Shown: piece after piece, positions 27,329 to 35,478 of the stretch | How the letters are laid out: each line of letters starts with the position of its first letter | Position numbering within the stretch: position 1 is the first letter of the stretch | Source: a virus | Lineage: Duplodnaviria > Caudoviricetes | Reading direction: 5' to 3' (one strand) | DNA: 38,126 nt | IMG/VR virus record: IMGVR_UViG_3300020045_002341 | Coordinates: 1-38,126 of that record | Position numbers and translations under genes: made by a program | The notes under the pieces: generated by a model | The model's input: the letters and a program-made list of their open reading frames with translations, nothing else | What the model was told of the DNA's origin: nothing | The model's database searches: none

Positions 27329-27769
27329 CGGTAAGTATATGGCAAGTTGAGGATTAAAATGTGCTACCCTATTGAGCCACACGAAAGTAAATTAACAGCA
27401 CAAATATTGCAAAATGGAACGACACCCCCAATTTGCTATATACATTGTTATAGGGCGTTTTAATTTTATCACAATGAGCTTAGTAACATTTAAAGATGGC
27501 AAAAAAGAATTTAAACTTGGAACTGTTTCAATGAATTGGCTTGAGAAAAGAGATGTTTTTGATAAATTTCAAGAAGACCATGACCAATACTCGGAAATAA
27601 TTTTTAAAACAAGTAAGCATAACGTAATCGAACTATCATCTGAAATTATAAAAGCAGCAAAAAGCGACCCTATGTTAAGGGCTGATATTCATGATAAATT
27701 ATTGGAATTTGCTGAATTTGTAAAAAATAGTAATGGGCTAGTGTGTACGCTTTCTTAAATGCCCTATAA
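27329..27769. mobile_element. Integron-cassette-like unit B
   Basis: Hairpin 27326-27450; GTTATAGGGCGTTT (27447) complementary 13/14 to AAATGCCCTATAAC (27757). Confidence 0.7.
27414..27758 (+). CDS. Cassette-borne hypothetical protein (alternative start 27474)
   Basis: 114 aa ORF; stop overlaps the inverse core site. Confidence 0.65.
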   Translation: MERHPQFAIYIVIGRFNFITMSLVTFKDGKKEFKLGTVSMNWLEKRDVFDKFQEDHDQYSEIIFKTSKHNVIELSSEIIKAAKSDPMLRADIHDKLLEFAEFVKNSNGLVCTLS

Positions 27770-27789
27770 CACAAAAACAAGTCGCATTT

Positions 27790-27859
27790 ACCACTCAACA
27801 CACAATACAACCGTTCATCACAATTTCGTTAAATGTTCGGTTGGTTGTGCTTATCTTCG
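27790..27859 (+). promoter_or_regulatory. Double-box promoter copy 5
   Basis: ACCACTCAACAC (27790), ACCGTTCATCAC (27810), TATCTTCG (27852). Confidence 0.7.
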
Positions 27860-27877
27860 TTGAAACAAAAAGAAATT

Positions 27878-28132
27878 ATGAAAATTCAAGTAAAAACAAC
27901 AACAGTAAAAACTAAGCAAGTAGAAATAGAATTTCCTTACTACACAAAAGATTTATGTCACTATTATAAAGTAGTTAATGAAAAAACTATTATACAAGTT
28001 ACAGAAACAGATTATCTTCCATCTATTTGTTTTTCTTATTTAGACCATGCTTTAAAATATAAAAAAACAACAGAATCACAGTTTAATAAAGCATATAACA
28101 AGGTGTTAAGTAAAATCTCTAAATACATTTAA
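27878..28132 (+). CDS. Hypothetical protein (start likely 27878)
   Basis: GAAATTATG start downstream of promoter. Confidence 0.65.
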   Translation: MKIQVKTTTVKTKQVEIEFPYYTKDLCHYYKVVNEKTIIQVTETDYLPSICFSYLDHALKYKKTTESQFNKAYNKVLSKISKYI

Positions 28133-28134
28133 CT

Positions 28135-28551
28135 ATGAAAGCATATTTGACAAAAGGACTTATCCTAAACAACAAAGTAGTAGCCGATTTAATATCACAA
28201 GGCACGTTTAACGAAATGAATTTTAACGATTCAATCGATATTATGGATGTTCATTTAAGCTATGAAAAGGACGGCATGAGTAAACTTAGCATCGTCTTTA
28301 CAAATGTTAACTTTACCGAAACTAACTATTGTTTTGATTGGTTCGGAAACAATGAAATTACATTAGACCTTTCACACACTTCGCAAGGTGTGTCTTGGGA
28401 TTGCTCGCTTGATTACGATTTTTGCAAGGAAACACGCGCTTACTTCGATGAAATTGCGAAAGAGGTTAACGAGTACTACTATGACGATATTTGCGACATG
28501 GAGGACGATTACAATGAGAACTCAAAGTACGACAGAATTAGTGGTAATTAA
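28135..28551 (+). CDS. Acidic hypothetical protein
   Basis: 138 aa, Asp/Glu-rich C-terminus. Confidence 0.6.
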   Translation: MKAYLTKGLILNNKVVADLISQGTFNEMNFNDSIDIMDVHLSYEKDGMSKLSIVFTNVNFTETNYCFDWFGNNEITLDLSHTSQGVSWDCSLDYDFCKETRAYFDEIAKEVNEYYYDDICDMEDDYNENSKYDRISGN

Positions 28552-28653
28552 AAAAAACATATAATTGCAGGGTATAGACACGAAAGGCATAAGGAATCTA
28601 ATAAACTATATTAATACAGAAAATTGTGTGCAATTATTTTAAAAACAAAAAAC

Positions 28654-29214
28654 ATGAACAACGAAACATTAAAACGCGACCTTGGTAGTAGGTTAATATA
28701 TGGGGTGAAGGTTCAATATGAAGGAATATTGAATGGTAAAGAACGTAGTAAATCCATAAAAGAATGGAATGAAAAAAACAAGGATGTTCATTTTCTTGAG
28801 TCTGAACCACTTATTTTGCCTGATGAAATAATCGGGCTTAAAATAGCAACTTTAAAAAGGATTACCCAATATAAAAAACATTGGGTTGCAGAAGCTGGGA
28901 TAAAACAGTATAAAAAGTTTTACAATGGAAAAGGATTAAAGCCAATACTCTTTTCAACCTCATGTCTTACCAAACCAATCACAGTAAGCACTTACAACAA
29001 TGGAAAGCCGTTTGTGCCGATTGAGGAAATGGCAAACATTGGCTCAATATACTATGGAGGATTTGAAGAGGCAAAATTCGCTATTGAATGTTTAGAAGCT
29101 GGATTAAGCCATGAAATGTATGATTCATGGATGGTTGAACTACTTCAAAAGTGGCATATCAACTACCGCCTTTCACCCGACCAATTCATTGAAGCAACTA
29201 ACGAGTATGAGTAA
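28654..29214 (+). CDS. Hypothetical protein (start likely 28654)
   Basis: RLIYGVKV...KPIL motifs seen in Bacteroidota phage early genes. Confidence 0.6.
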   Translation: MNNETLKRDLGSRLIYGVKVQYEGILNGKERSKSIKEWNEKNKDVHFLESEPLILPDEIIGLKIATLKRITQYKKHWVAEAGIKQYKKFYNGKGLKPILFSTSCLTKPITVSTYNNGKPFVPIEEMANIGSIYYGGFEEAKFAIECLEAGLSHEMYDSWMVELLQKWHINYRLSPDQFIEATNEYE

Positions 29215-29425
29215 GAAAATAGAATACAGATGTGATTTATGCCATGATGTTCAAAAAGATTTGACTGTTATTAAGTGTTTTTATTGGGATTCAACAATCA
29301 AAAATGAAAATAATAGTTTTGGAAAATATGTACTAAGCACAATCTTAGATAAATCTGGAACACATATTTGCGATAGATGTTTAAATGTAACAGCGCAACA
29401 CGCGCAAACGAACGTAAAAAATTGA
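29207..29425 (+). CDS. Zn-finger-like protein (start likely 29207)
   Basis: CDLC...HICDRC. Confidence 0.65.
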   Translation: MSKKIEYRCDLCHDVQKDLTVIKCFYWDSTIKNENNSFGKYVLSTILDKSGTHICDRCLNVTAQHAQTNVKN

Positions 29426-29429
29426 AGTG

Positions 29430-30347
29430 ATGAAAACATTAACTAAAAAAGATTTACCAATTGGAACTAAGGTTGTTCCGCATGATAAGACGGCAGGATA
29501 TAGTATTGATAAATGTCCAGAATATACAAAATTTAAAAACCAAGGCTTTCTATATGTAGTAGGACATCATCAAGGATACTTATACCTTTCATCTGAAACA
29601 ACAGGAAATATTAGTTTTTACAACTACTCCGATGTAACTCTTTACCAAGAAAAGCCAAAAGTAAAGAAGTCGGAATTGCTTGAAATGATTAAGGGATTGG
29701 AGTCAAAAGTTAACGATTTAAACATTTCTATTTCAGATTTACAGATTAAGAATTTTTCAGATATGAATGCTAATGCGGGTTTGAATCATTTTTCAGCTGT
29801 AGATAAGCCTAAATTTGAGGTTGGTAAGGTGTATAAAGGTGAAAATGTTATTTTTATGTGTACACTTTTAAATGATGGAAATAAACCTTTTGGTTATGGT
29901 ATTGCATTTGGTGATTGGATGGAAAATAATAACGAAGACCATTGGGACACATCATCAACAGAAGCGACAGAACAAGAATGGTTTGAAGCATTATCTAATT
30001 ACGCAATTGAAAATGGGTATGTAAAGGGTGTTAAGATTGGTGGTTTTGAGCTTACGGGCGGTTATTTCAATAATGGAAAGAACACTTATTTAACTGCTTA
30101 TTGTTATGGAAGAATTGATGCGGACGGTATTGAAATTATGCAAGACGGCAAATGGATTCCGTTAGACAAACCACAATACGAAATAGGTGCTACTTATGCG
30201 TTTGCGGATGGTGAATATTATTTTGAAAACTCTAATTTTTTAATTGGACAATTAGAAAGAGTTGATTTTGATGAAGAATATCCATTTGTAAGAAAAGAAG
30301 GTGCTATTTGGAAATACGCAAGAAGAATTGGATACACTTTGAAGTAA
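29430..30347 (+). CDS. Mosaic multi-domain hypothetical protein
   Basis: Three [IV]G-x-x-[VY]-initiated modules plus a coiled coil. Confidence 0.65.
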   Translation: MKTLTKKDLPIGTKVVPHDKTAGYSIDKCPEYTKFKNQGFLYVVGHHQGYLYLSSETTGNISFYNYSDVTLYQEKPKVKKSELLEMIKGLESKVNDLNISISDLQIKNFSDMNANAGLNHFSAVDKPKFEVGKVYKGENVIFMCTLLNDGNKPFGYGIAFGDWMENNNEDHWDTSSTEATEQEWFEALSNYAIENGYVKGVKIGGFELTGGYFNNGKNTYLTAYCYGRIDADGIEIMQDGKWIPLDKPQYEIGATYAFADGEYYFENSNFLIGQLERVDFDEEYPFVRKEGAIWKYARRIGYTLK

Positions 30348-30355
30348 GGAAGATT

Positions 30356-30637
30356 ATGGGAATAAAGAAAAAATGTAGAGAATTAAATAAGGCAAAAAAT
30401 CTATTTGTTAAGTGGTTGAAGGATAATAATGCAGAAGATATTGATGTTTTTGAAGGCTCAAATTTACCAAGTGAAGGCTGGGATTATTACCGTAGTGTAT
30501 CTGCTTTTATTGGAGAAACGCTTTATATGGTTTACTTTACTATGTGGAATGATAAGATAAAAATCGACTATTCAGATGGAGAAAACAGATATAATGAAAT
30601 GAGTATTTATGAGTTTTGTCAATTAATTCATAATTAA
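30356..30637 (+). CDS. Hypothetical protein
   Basis: ORF with ATTATG start. Confidence 0.6.
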   Translation: MGIKKKCRELNKAKNLFVKWLKDNNAEDIDVFEGSNLPSEGWDYYRSVSAFIGETLYMVYFTMWNDKIKIDYSDGENRYNEMSIYEFCQLIHN

Positions 30638-30649
30638 AAACGAATCAAA

Positions 30650-30925
30650 ATGAAAGACTTGAAACAATACTATTGCAAGGTTACGCAAGAAGAAGCAAAT
30701 GAAGCGCGTGAATTACTTATTAAGGCAAATGAAAAGATTTGGAAAGATTGCCTTTCATTTGAAGTATATTATGGAATATGTTATTTACAATGTGATTCAG
30801 ACAATAAATATTGGTTTACTGATAGCGATATACACTTATGCCAATATACCAAAACAACCTACCCACAATTCAAACAAATGTTAATCGACAAAATTAAAGA
30901 GAATGAAAAGAGAGATATTATTTAA
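30650..30925 (+). CDS. Hypothetical protein
   Basis: 91 aa ORF. Confidence 0.6.
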   Translation: MKDLKQYYCKVTQEEANEARELLIKANEKIWKDCLSFEVYYGICYLQCDSDNKYWFTDSDIHLCQYTKTTYPQFKQMLIDKIKENEKRDII

Positions 30926-31340
30926 AGCGAAGCGCGTAGATAACTGCGAATGGATTGAGGGTTTTTATTGGTGCGAAAAGTTTAAAGAGTTTCCGGAAAA
31001 ACATTGGGTTATTGAAACTTATAAGGACAAAAAAGGATTTCATCAACACGGAACACAAGTCCACCCCGAAACAGTTTGTCAGTTTACAGGAAAAGAAATT
31101 AACGGTATTAAATTATTCGAAGGTGATAAGGTTAAATCATTTCATTTTAAAGGAGTTAATGATCATGGTAGAGGTAGAAAGAATTACTTTTTAGAACATG
31201 TTATTTTATGGAACAATGAATACTCATGTTGGATGGCTTCTTCCGATGGAACAACAGAATTAAAACCTGGAAATGTTCAGTTATTTGTGTTTCTTAAAAA
31301 CATGATTGAACCAAAAATAATTGGAAACATACAAGACTAA
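30903..31340 (+). CDS. YopX family protein
   Basis: MKREILFKAKR...ETVCQFTG...LFEGD...IIGNI. Confidence 0.85.
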   Translation: MKREILFKAKRVDNCEWIEGFYWCEKFKEFPEKHWVIETYKDKKGFHQHGTQVHPETVCQFTGKEINGIKLFEGDKVKSFHFKGVNDHGRGRKNYFLEHVILWNNEYSCWMASSDGTTELKPGNVQLFVFLKNMIEPKIIGNIQD

Positions 31341-31492
31341 TGAAAGCAATTGACACGAAACGAGGGCAAATGGTTATCTATAACGGTAACGAGTTTGAAG
31401 TACTAGAAACACGAATTAAAAACATAGTGATTAGCAATGGTAGTTTAAAACTGATTGTTAGTTACGATAAAATTGAAATGGTATGCAAGTAA
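31340..31492 (+). CDS. 50-aa hypothetical protein (not in ORF track)
   Basis: MKAIDTKRGQMVIYNGNEFEV...; TAATG coupling. Confidence 0.6.
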   Translation: MKAIDTKRGQMVIYNGNEFEVLETRIKNIVISNGSLKLIVSYDKIEMVCK

Positions 31493-31827
31493 ACGAATTG
31501 AGAATTGGGAATTGGATAACTTCTAAATCAAGTAGGATTCCATTTCAAGTAACGATAGAAGATTTTGTTTTTATTCTTGAAAACATTGAACATTATAAGC
31601 CTATATTTGTAACAGAAGAGCATCTATTTAATTTAGGAGCAACCGTTCAAGATTCTACAATAGTATTAGAAATTGAAACAGATATTAAGATTGTTTTTGA
31701 ACGTGATACTAGAGCGTTCTTTCTGTATTTTGATAATGGTTATAATGGTGTAGATATAGGCTATATTCATAAATTACAAAACCTAATTTTCGAATTAAAA
31801 GACGAAGAACTTGAAATTAAACCGTAA
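31483..31827 (+). CDS. Hypothetical protein
   Basis: ELRIGNW...IHKLQNL...EEL motif family of Bacteroidota phages. Confidence 0.7.
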   Translation: MQVNELRIGNWITSKSSRIPFQVTIEDFVFILENIEHYKPIFVTEEHLFNLGATVQDSTIVLEIETDIKIVFERDTRAFFLYFDNGYNGVDIGYIHKLQNLIFELKDEELEIKP

Positions 31828-31892
31828 CTTTGTTTTTCATAATTTCAATTTAGGTTTAACATTACCCACTTTAATCGGTGGGTTTTGTTTTT
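31825..31892 (+). ncRNA. Putative ~55-nt sRNA unit (promoter to terminator)
   Basis: TAACTTTG at 31825, TTTTTCATAATTTC, terminator ACCCACT-TTAATC-GGTGGGT+T tract at 31864-31892. Confidence 0.45.
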
Positions 31893-31909
31893 ATCACTAT
31901 ATTTATACT

Positions 31910-32176
31910 ATGGAACAAATAGAGCAAAAAACAAATGACGCTATTTTTAAATCGGACTTTACAGATAGACCGAAAACAAGTAGCGATATGAAAACAGAAA
32001 TTGAGCGATATTCAAGGCTTACAAATGAAGATTTAAACGCTATAATGTTGATTGAATTAAAGCTCATGAATCGTAAAGTAGGCAAAATAAATTTTATACT
32101 TTCAACCGTTTTTACACTTTCAGTTGTAGTTATTTCATCTTTCTTTATTTATTACTTATTTAAAACTTTAGTGTGA
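31910..32176 (+). CDS. Hypothetical protein with C-terminal TM helix (start likely 31910)
   Basis: Hydrophobic C-terminus; coupled to terS. Confidence 0.6.
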   Translation: MEQIEQKTNDAIFKSDFTDRPKTSSDMKTEIERYSRLTNEDLNAIMLIELKLMNRKVGKINFILSTVFTLSVVVISSFFIYYLFKTLV

Positions 32177-32637
32177 TGCCAGCTAGAAAAATGACAATAG
32201 AACTTTTTACAGAATTATGTATTGAAATTCAAACATCTAATAAAGGATTGCAAACGCTTTGTAAAAATCATAATTCAAGTGCTTCTGCTTTTTATGATTT
32301 GTTAGATAAAAACAAAGAATTAACCGATACATACGTGCGCGCGAGGGAAAGACAAGCGGATTTTTTAGCCGATGAAATAATTGAAATTGCGGACGATGGA
32401 ACAAACGATACATTAACCCTTAAAGCTGCTAATGGCGAAGAATACGACAAGGAAAACACTGAATGGGTAAACCGTTCAAAGCTACGTGTTGAAGCGCGTA
32501 AATGGACAGCTGCTAAACTTCGACCTAAAAAATATGGTGATAAACTAGATTTAACATCTGATGGCGAAAAACTACAAAATACACCTACTTCTATAAGCGT
32601 TGAAATAGTCGCTTCAAAGGATATTGATGAAGATTAA
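32173..32637 (+). CDS. terS: Terminase small subunit (Sf6 gp1-like)
   Basis: ARERQADFLADEIIEIADD...RSKLRVEARKW...PKKYGDK. Confidence 0.9.
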   Translation: MMPARKMTIELFTELCIEIQTSNKGLQTLCKNHNSSASAFYDLLDKNKELTDTYVRARERQADFLADEIIEIADDGTNDTLTLKAANGEEYDKENTEWVNRSKLRVEARKWTAAKLRPKKYGDKLDLTSDGEKLQNTPTSISVEIVASKDIDED

Positions 32638-34120
32638 ATTTAAGGCAACGCAAGTATTCCATGACATTTGGAACGCTATACACGAAACAATAATTGATAA
32701 CGGAAATGTAAAGCGTAAATATCGGTTATTTGAAGAAGTAGGGGGCTCACGTTCTTCTAAAACATGGAGTAATTTTCAAGTTATCTACTTGTATTCAGTT
32801 CAAAACAGAATGAAGAATATAGTTGTTATGCGTGACACGGCCAGCGATTGTAGAGATAAGGTAGAAACAGATTGGAGACAATGGTTGAAAGACCCTAATC
32901 TAAGAATAAAGGAATATGAAGATGGTAAAATAAGCGTTGAACAATTAGACGAATATTTAAAGGTCGAAGATTTAAGTCAATATATGGTAGAGAATAAGTC
33001 TTTGCACACTTGGACAAATAAGCAAACGGGTTCTTTTATAACTTTTACGGGTACAGATGATGAAAATAGAGCAATTGGTAAAAGTCAGCACGTTTTATGG
33101 GTAAATGAGCCTTATATGTTTAGTGAGGAGGTTTTTAAACAGCTTTCACAGCGTACAAGCGATTTTATAATTGTAGATTGGAATCCGAAAGCAAATCATT
33201 TCATTGAAAAACAACGTTTAAAGCCTGATACATTTACGCATCGTTCAAGCTTACTTATGAATCCATTTTGCCCAATTGAATCAAAGAAGCAAATACTATC
33301 TTACCAACCAATAAAATACGCTAGAGCGGTTTTAAATGGACTTTTTAATAATCAAGATAATGAATTTGAATTAAGAAAAGCATTAGATTATGATTTCGAA
33401 AATAACCCATTACAACTATCTAAAAGAGATTTAAATGAACTTCTCAGATGCAAGAATAATGAAGAAAGATTAACGGCTAGTGATTACCATTACAAAGTTT
33501 ATTTCTTAGGTGAAAAAGCTGAAAAGCCAAATCGAATATTTAATTGGAGAAAAATATCGAAATTAGAATTTGATGAATTAACACCTAAAGCAGAATGTAT
33601 TGGTGTTGACTGGGGAAAAGTTGACCCATGGGGAATATTGCATGCTAAATATATTGACGGTAAACTTTATTTAAGGGAGTTAAACTATCAAAGTGAGAAC
33701 GAAATACGTAATTCAATCGGAGCAAACGAAAGTGTTCAAATAGGCAACGACGATGAGGGGATAGGTATAGTAGTATGGAAGTTTAATAAGTTAGGAATAA
33801 AAAAAACAACACCTATTATTTGCGACAATAATAGACCACTTAAAATTGCTGGATTAAGACGTGCTGGATGGGAGAAAGCATTACCAGCATCAAAACCTAA
33901 AGGTTCGATTATAGATGGTATTGGCTTGCTTGAAAACTTAGAGGTTTACTACACAGAAGATTCACCAAATATTGAATTAGAGCAAGAAAATTATTCTTAT
34001 AAAACGGATAGATACGGAATACAACTAGAAGATACAGAGGACGCAAATAATCACACTATTGACCCAGCTAGATACGTCGCTTTATATTTACAATCAATTG
34101 GTATTATAAAGTCTGTATAA
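32624..34120 (+). CDS. terL: Terminase large subunit (PBSX/SPP1-like)
   Basis: Walker A GGSRSSKT, Walker B LWVNE, DWNP, nuclease GVDWG-x2-DP and DANNHTIDPARY. Confidence 0.92.
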   Translation: MMKIKFKATQVFHDIWNAIHETIIDNGNVKRKYRLFEEVGGSRSSKTWSNFQVIYLYSVQNRMKNIVVMRDTASDCRDKVETDWRQWLKDPNLRIKEYEDGKISVEQLDEYLKVEDLSQYMVENKSLHTWTNKQTGSFITFTGTDDENRAIGKSQHVLWVNEPYMFSEEVFKQLSQRTSDFIIVDWNPKANHFIEKQRLKPDTFTHRSSLLMNPFCPIESKKQILSYQPIKYARAVLNGLFNNQDNEFELRKALDYDFENNPLQLSKRDLNELLRCKNNEERLTASDYHYKVYFLGEKAEKPNRIFNWRKISKLEFDELTPKAECIGVDWGKVDPWGILHAKYIDGKLYLRELNYQSENEIRNSIGANESVQIGNDDEGIGIVVWKFNKLGIKKTTPIICDNNRPLKIAGLRRAGWEKALPASKPKGSIIDGIGLLENLEVYYTEDSPNIELEQENYSYKTDRYGIQLEDTEDANNHTIDPARYVALYLQSIGIIKSV

Positions 34121-35327
34121 TAATCAATGCTTCTTCTTTGCTATACCCAGCCTTAACTAATGTTTCGATTGTTTTAGCTTTATTTAAAGAAACATCGGAA
34201 TTAGCTTTTTTATCTTCTTGAAGTGCTGGAATATGTGAATAGTCAAGTTCTAGCCATTCGCCATCAGGCATCTTTAAACCTTTAGTAAATGTAGAGCAGA
34301 AATCTTGTGAAAAAGGAATAATCCCGTCTTGATAAGCCATCTTTAATCCCTCATTCAAATTAGCTTGTATCTTTGATTTCTCTTTACTAAAGATGTTATC
34401 ATTTAATCCAATTGAATCAATTAAACGCTTCATATCTTCGCTTATTTCTTCAAATAACATCATTTGATTAATTGGATAAGCGGTGTGCTCCCAGCTTGCA
34501 GGTGTTTTAGTAATTGCTATTGAGCTTTGATTGTCACCATGTCCATAATCTTCTTGTGAAAATTGCTTACTTAAATCTTTTCTATCATCGGAATCCATAG
34601 CTATTGGACCTATCATATCTTTTCCACCACTAGATACAAAACCTAAAGCACCACGCTTATTTATATTTGCATTTCTAAATCCATAAGCACCACGAATATT
34701 AGTAATAGGCATTTGATTTGCTACAATTGGCGAAATACCTTTAAATGGATTATCTGGGTCAATATTCTTGTGATGGATTAATTCGGACGCTTTGTAATAC
34801 TTTGTTTCACTTCCGTAATTCTCTAAACAATAACGCTTAATTATAGAATCAATATCGTACTGCTCAAATCTCAAATTATTTAATTCAATCTTTATTTTTT
34901 CAGGTGGTAAATTGTTCAATATACTTGGTGCATCTGTTAATGATGAACCCCAAATAGGGTAAGTAATACGATTTCCATAAATCAAATAATGTAACGCACA
35001 CTCAATTTTAAATTCTTCGCCACTTTGAATAGGATTAGGAGATTCTAGTAAAGCCACAAATTTAGAATCTTCAATAATCTTTCCTTTTTCCGTTCCGTCC
35101 ATTTTCTTATGCACAAAACGACCATTTGAAAACATCTTTGCAAATCGGTTAAAAACAATGTATATTTCAGGTGTTGTTGAATACAATTGGTACTCGTTGC
35201 CAATAACATCTAACCACACTTCTTTTTGATTACCATCGAATTTTAAAGGTTGCTGAACATATGTTTTTGTGAATGAATCAGTACCGCGACCAAAAGATAG
35301 TTTGAATTTACCGAATTGAATATTCAT
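34104..35327 (-). CDS. Portal protein (HK97-like), inverted orientation
   Basis: LLESPNP-x-QSG-x-EF...YGN...LPP...ELIH...GISP motifs; 407 aa. Confidence 0.88.
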   Translation of the reverse strand: MNIQFGKFKLSFGRGTDSFTKTYVQQPLKFDGNQKEVWLDVIGNEYQLYSTTPEIYIVFNRFAKMFSNGRFVHKKMDGTEKGKIIEDSKFVALLESPNPIQSGEEFKIECALHYLIYGNRITYPIWGSSLTDAPSILNNLPPEKIKIELNNLRFEQYDIDSIIKRYCLENYGSETKYYKASELIHHKNIDPDNPFKGISPIVANQMPITNIRGAYGFRNANINKRGALGFVSSGGKDMIGPIAMDSDDRKDLSKQFSQEDYGHGDNQSSIAITKTPASWEHTAYPINQMMLFEEISEDMKRLIDSIGLNDNIFSKEKSKIQANLNEGLKMAYQDGIIPFSQDFCSTFTKGLKMPDGEWLELDYSHIPALQEDKKANSDVSLNKAKTIETLVKAGYSKEEALIIIQTL

Positions 35328-35348
35328 AGCTTTTAATTATATTTACAT

Positions 35349-35375
35349 CAAATGTATTGATTTTAATTATATTTG
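35349..35375. promoter_or_regulatory. Back-to-back divergent promoters for portal and head operon
   Basis: TACATTTG on minus strand (35349-35356) and TATATTTG on plus strand (35368-35375). Confidence 0.65.
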
Positions 35376-35378
35376 TGT

Positions 35379-35474
35379 ATGAAAAACGAAAAAGAACGTG
35401 TTAAAGTTGATGTTAAAAGCATTAAAAAAGACCGTGAAAAGGTAGTTAAAGGTGATAAAATCGTGAAAAAATAA
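35379..35474 (+). CDS. 31-aa Lys-rich peptide (not in ORF track)
   Basis: MKNEKERVKVDVKSIKKDREKVVKGDKIVKK; ends 4 nt before protease ATG. Confidence 0.5.
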   Translation: MKNEKERVKVDVKSIKKDREKVVKGDKIVKK

Positions 35475-35478
35475 AGTT

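Noticed and set aside
31372-31390. GTTATCTATAAC as a further cassette core site
   Set aside because: Inside a coding region and no associated ~126-nt hairpin
34104-35327. Portal as an invertible phase-variable segment
   Set aside because: No flanking inverted repeats or invertase; terL overlap and a dedicated promoter suggest a fixed orientation
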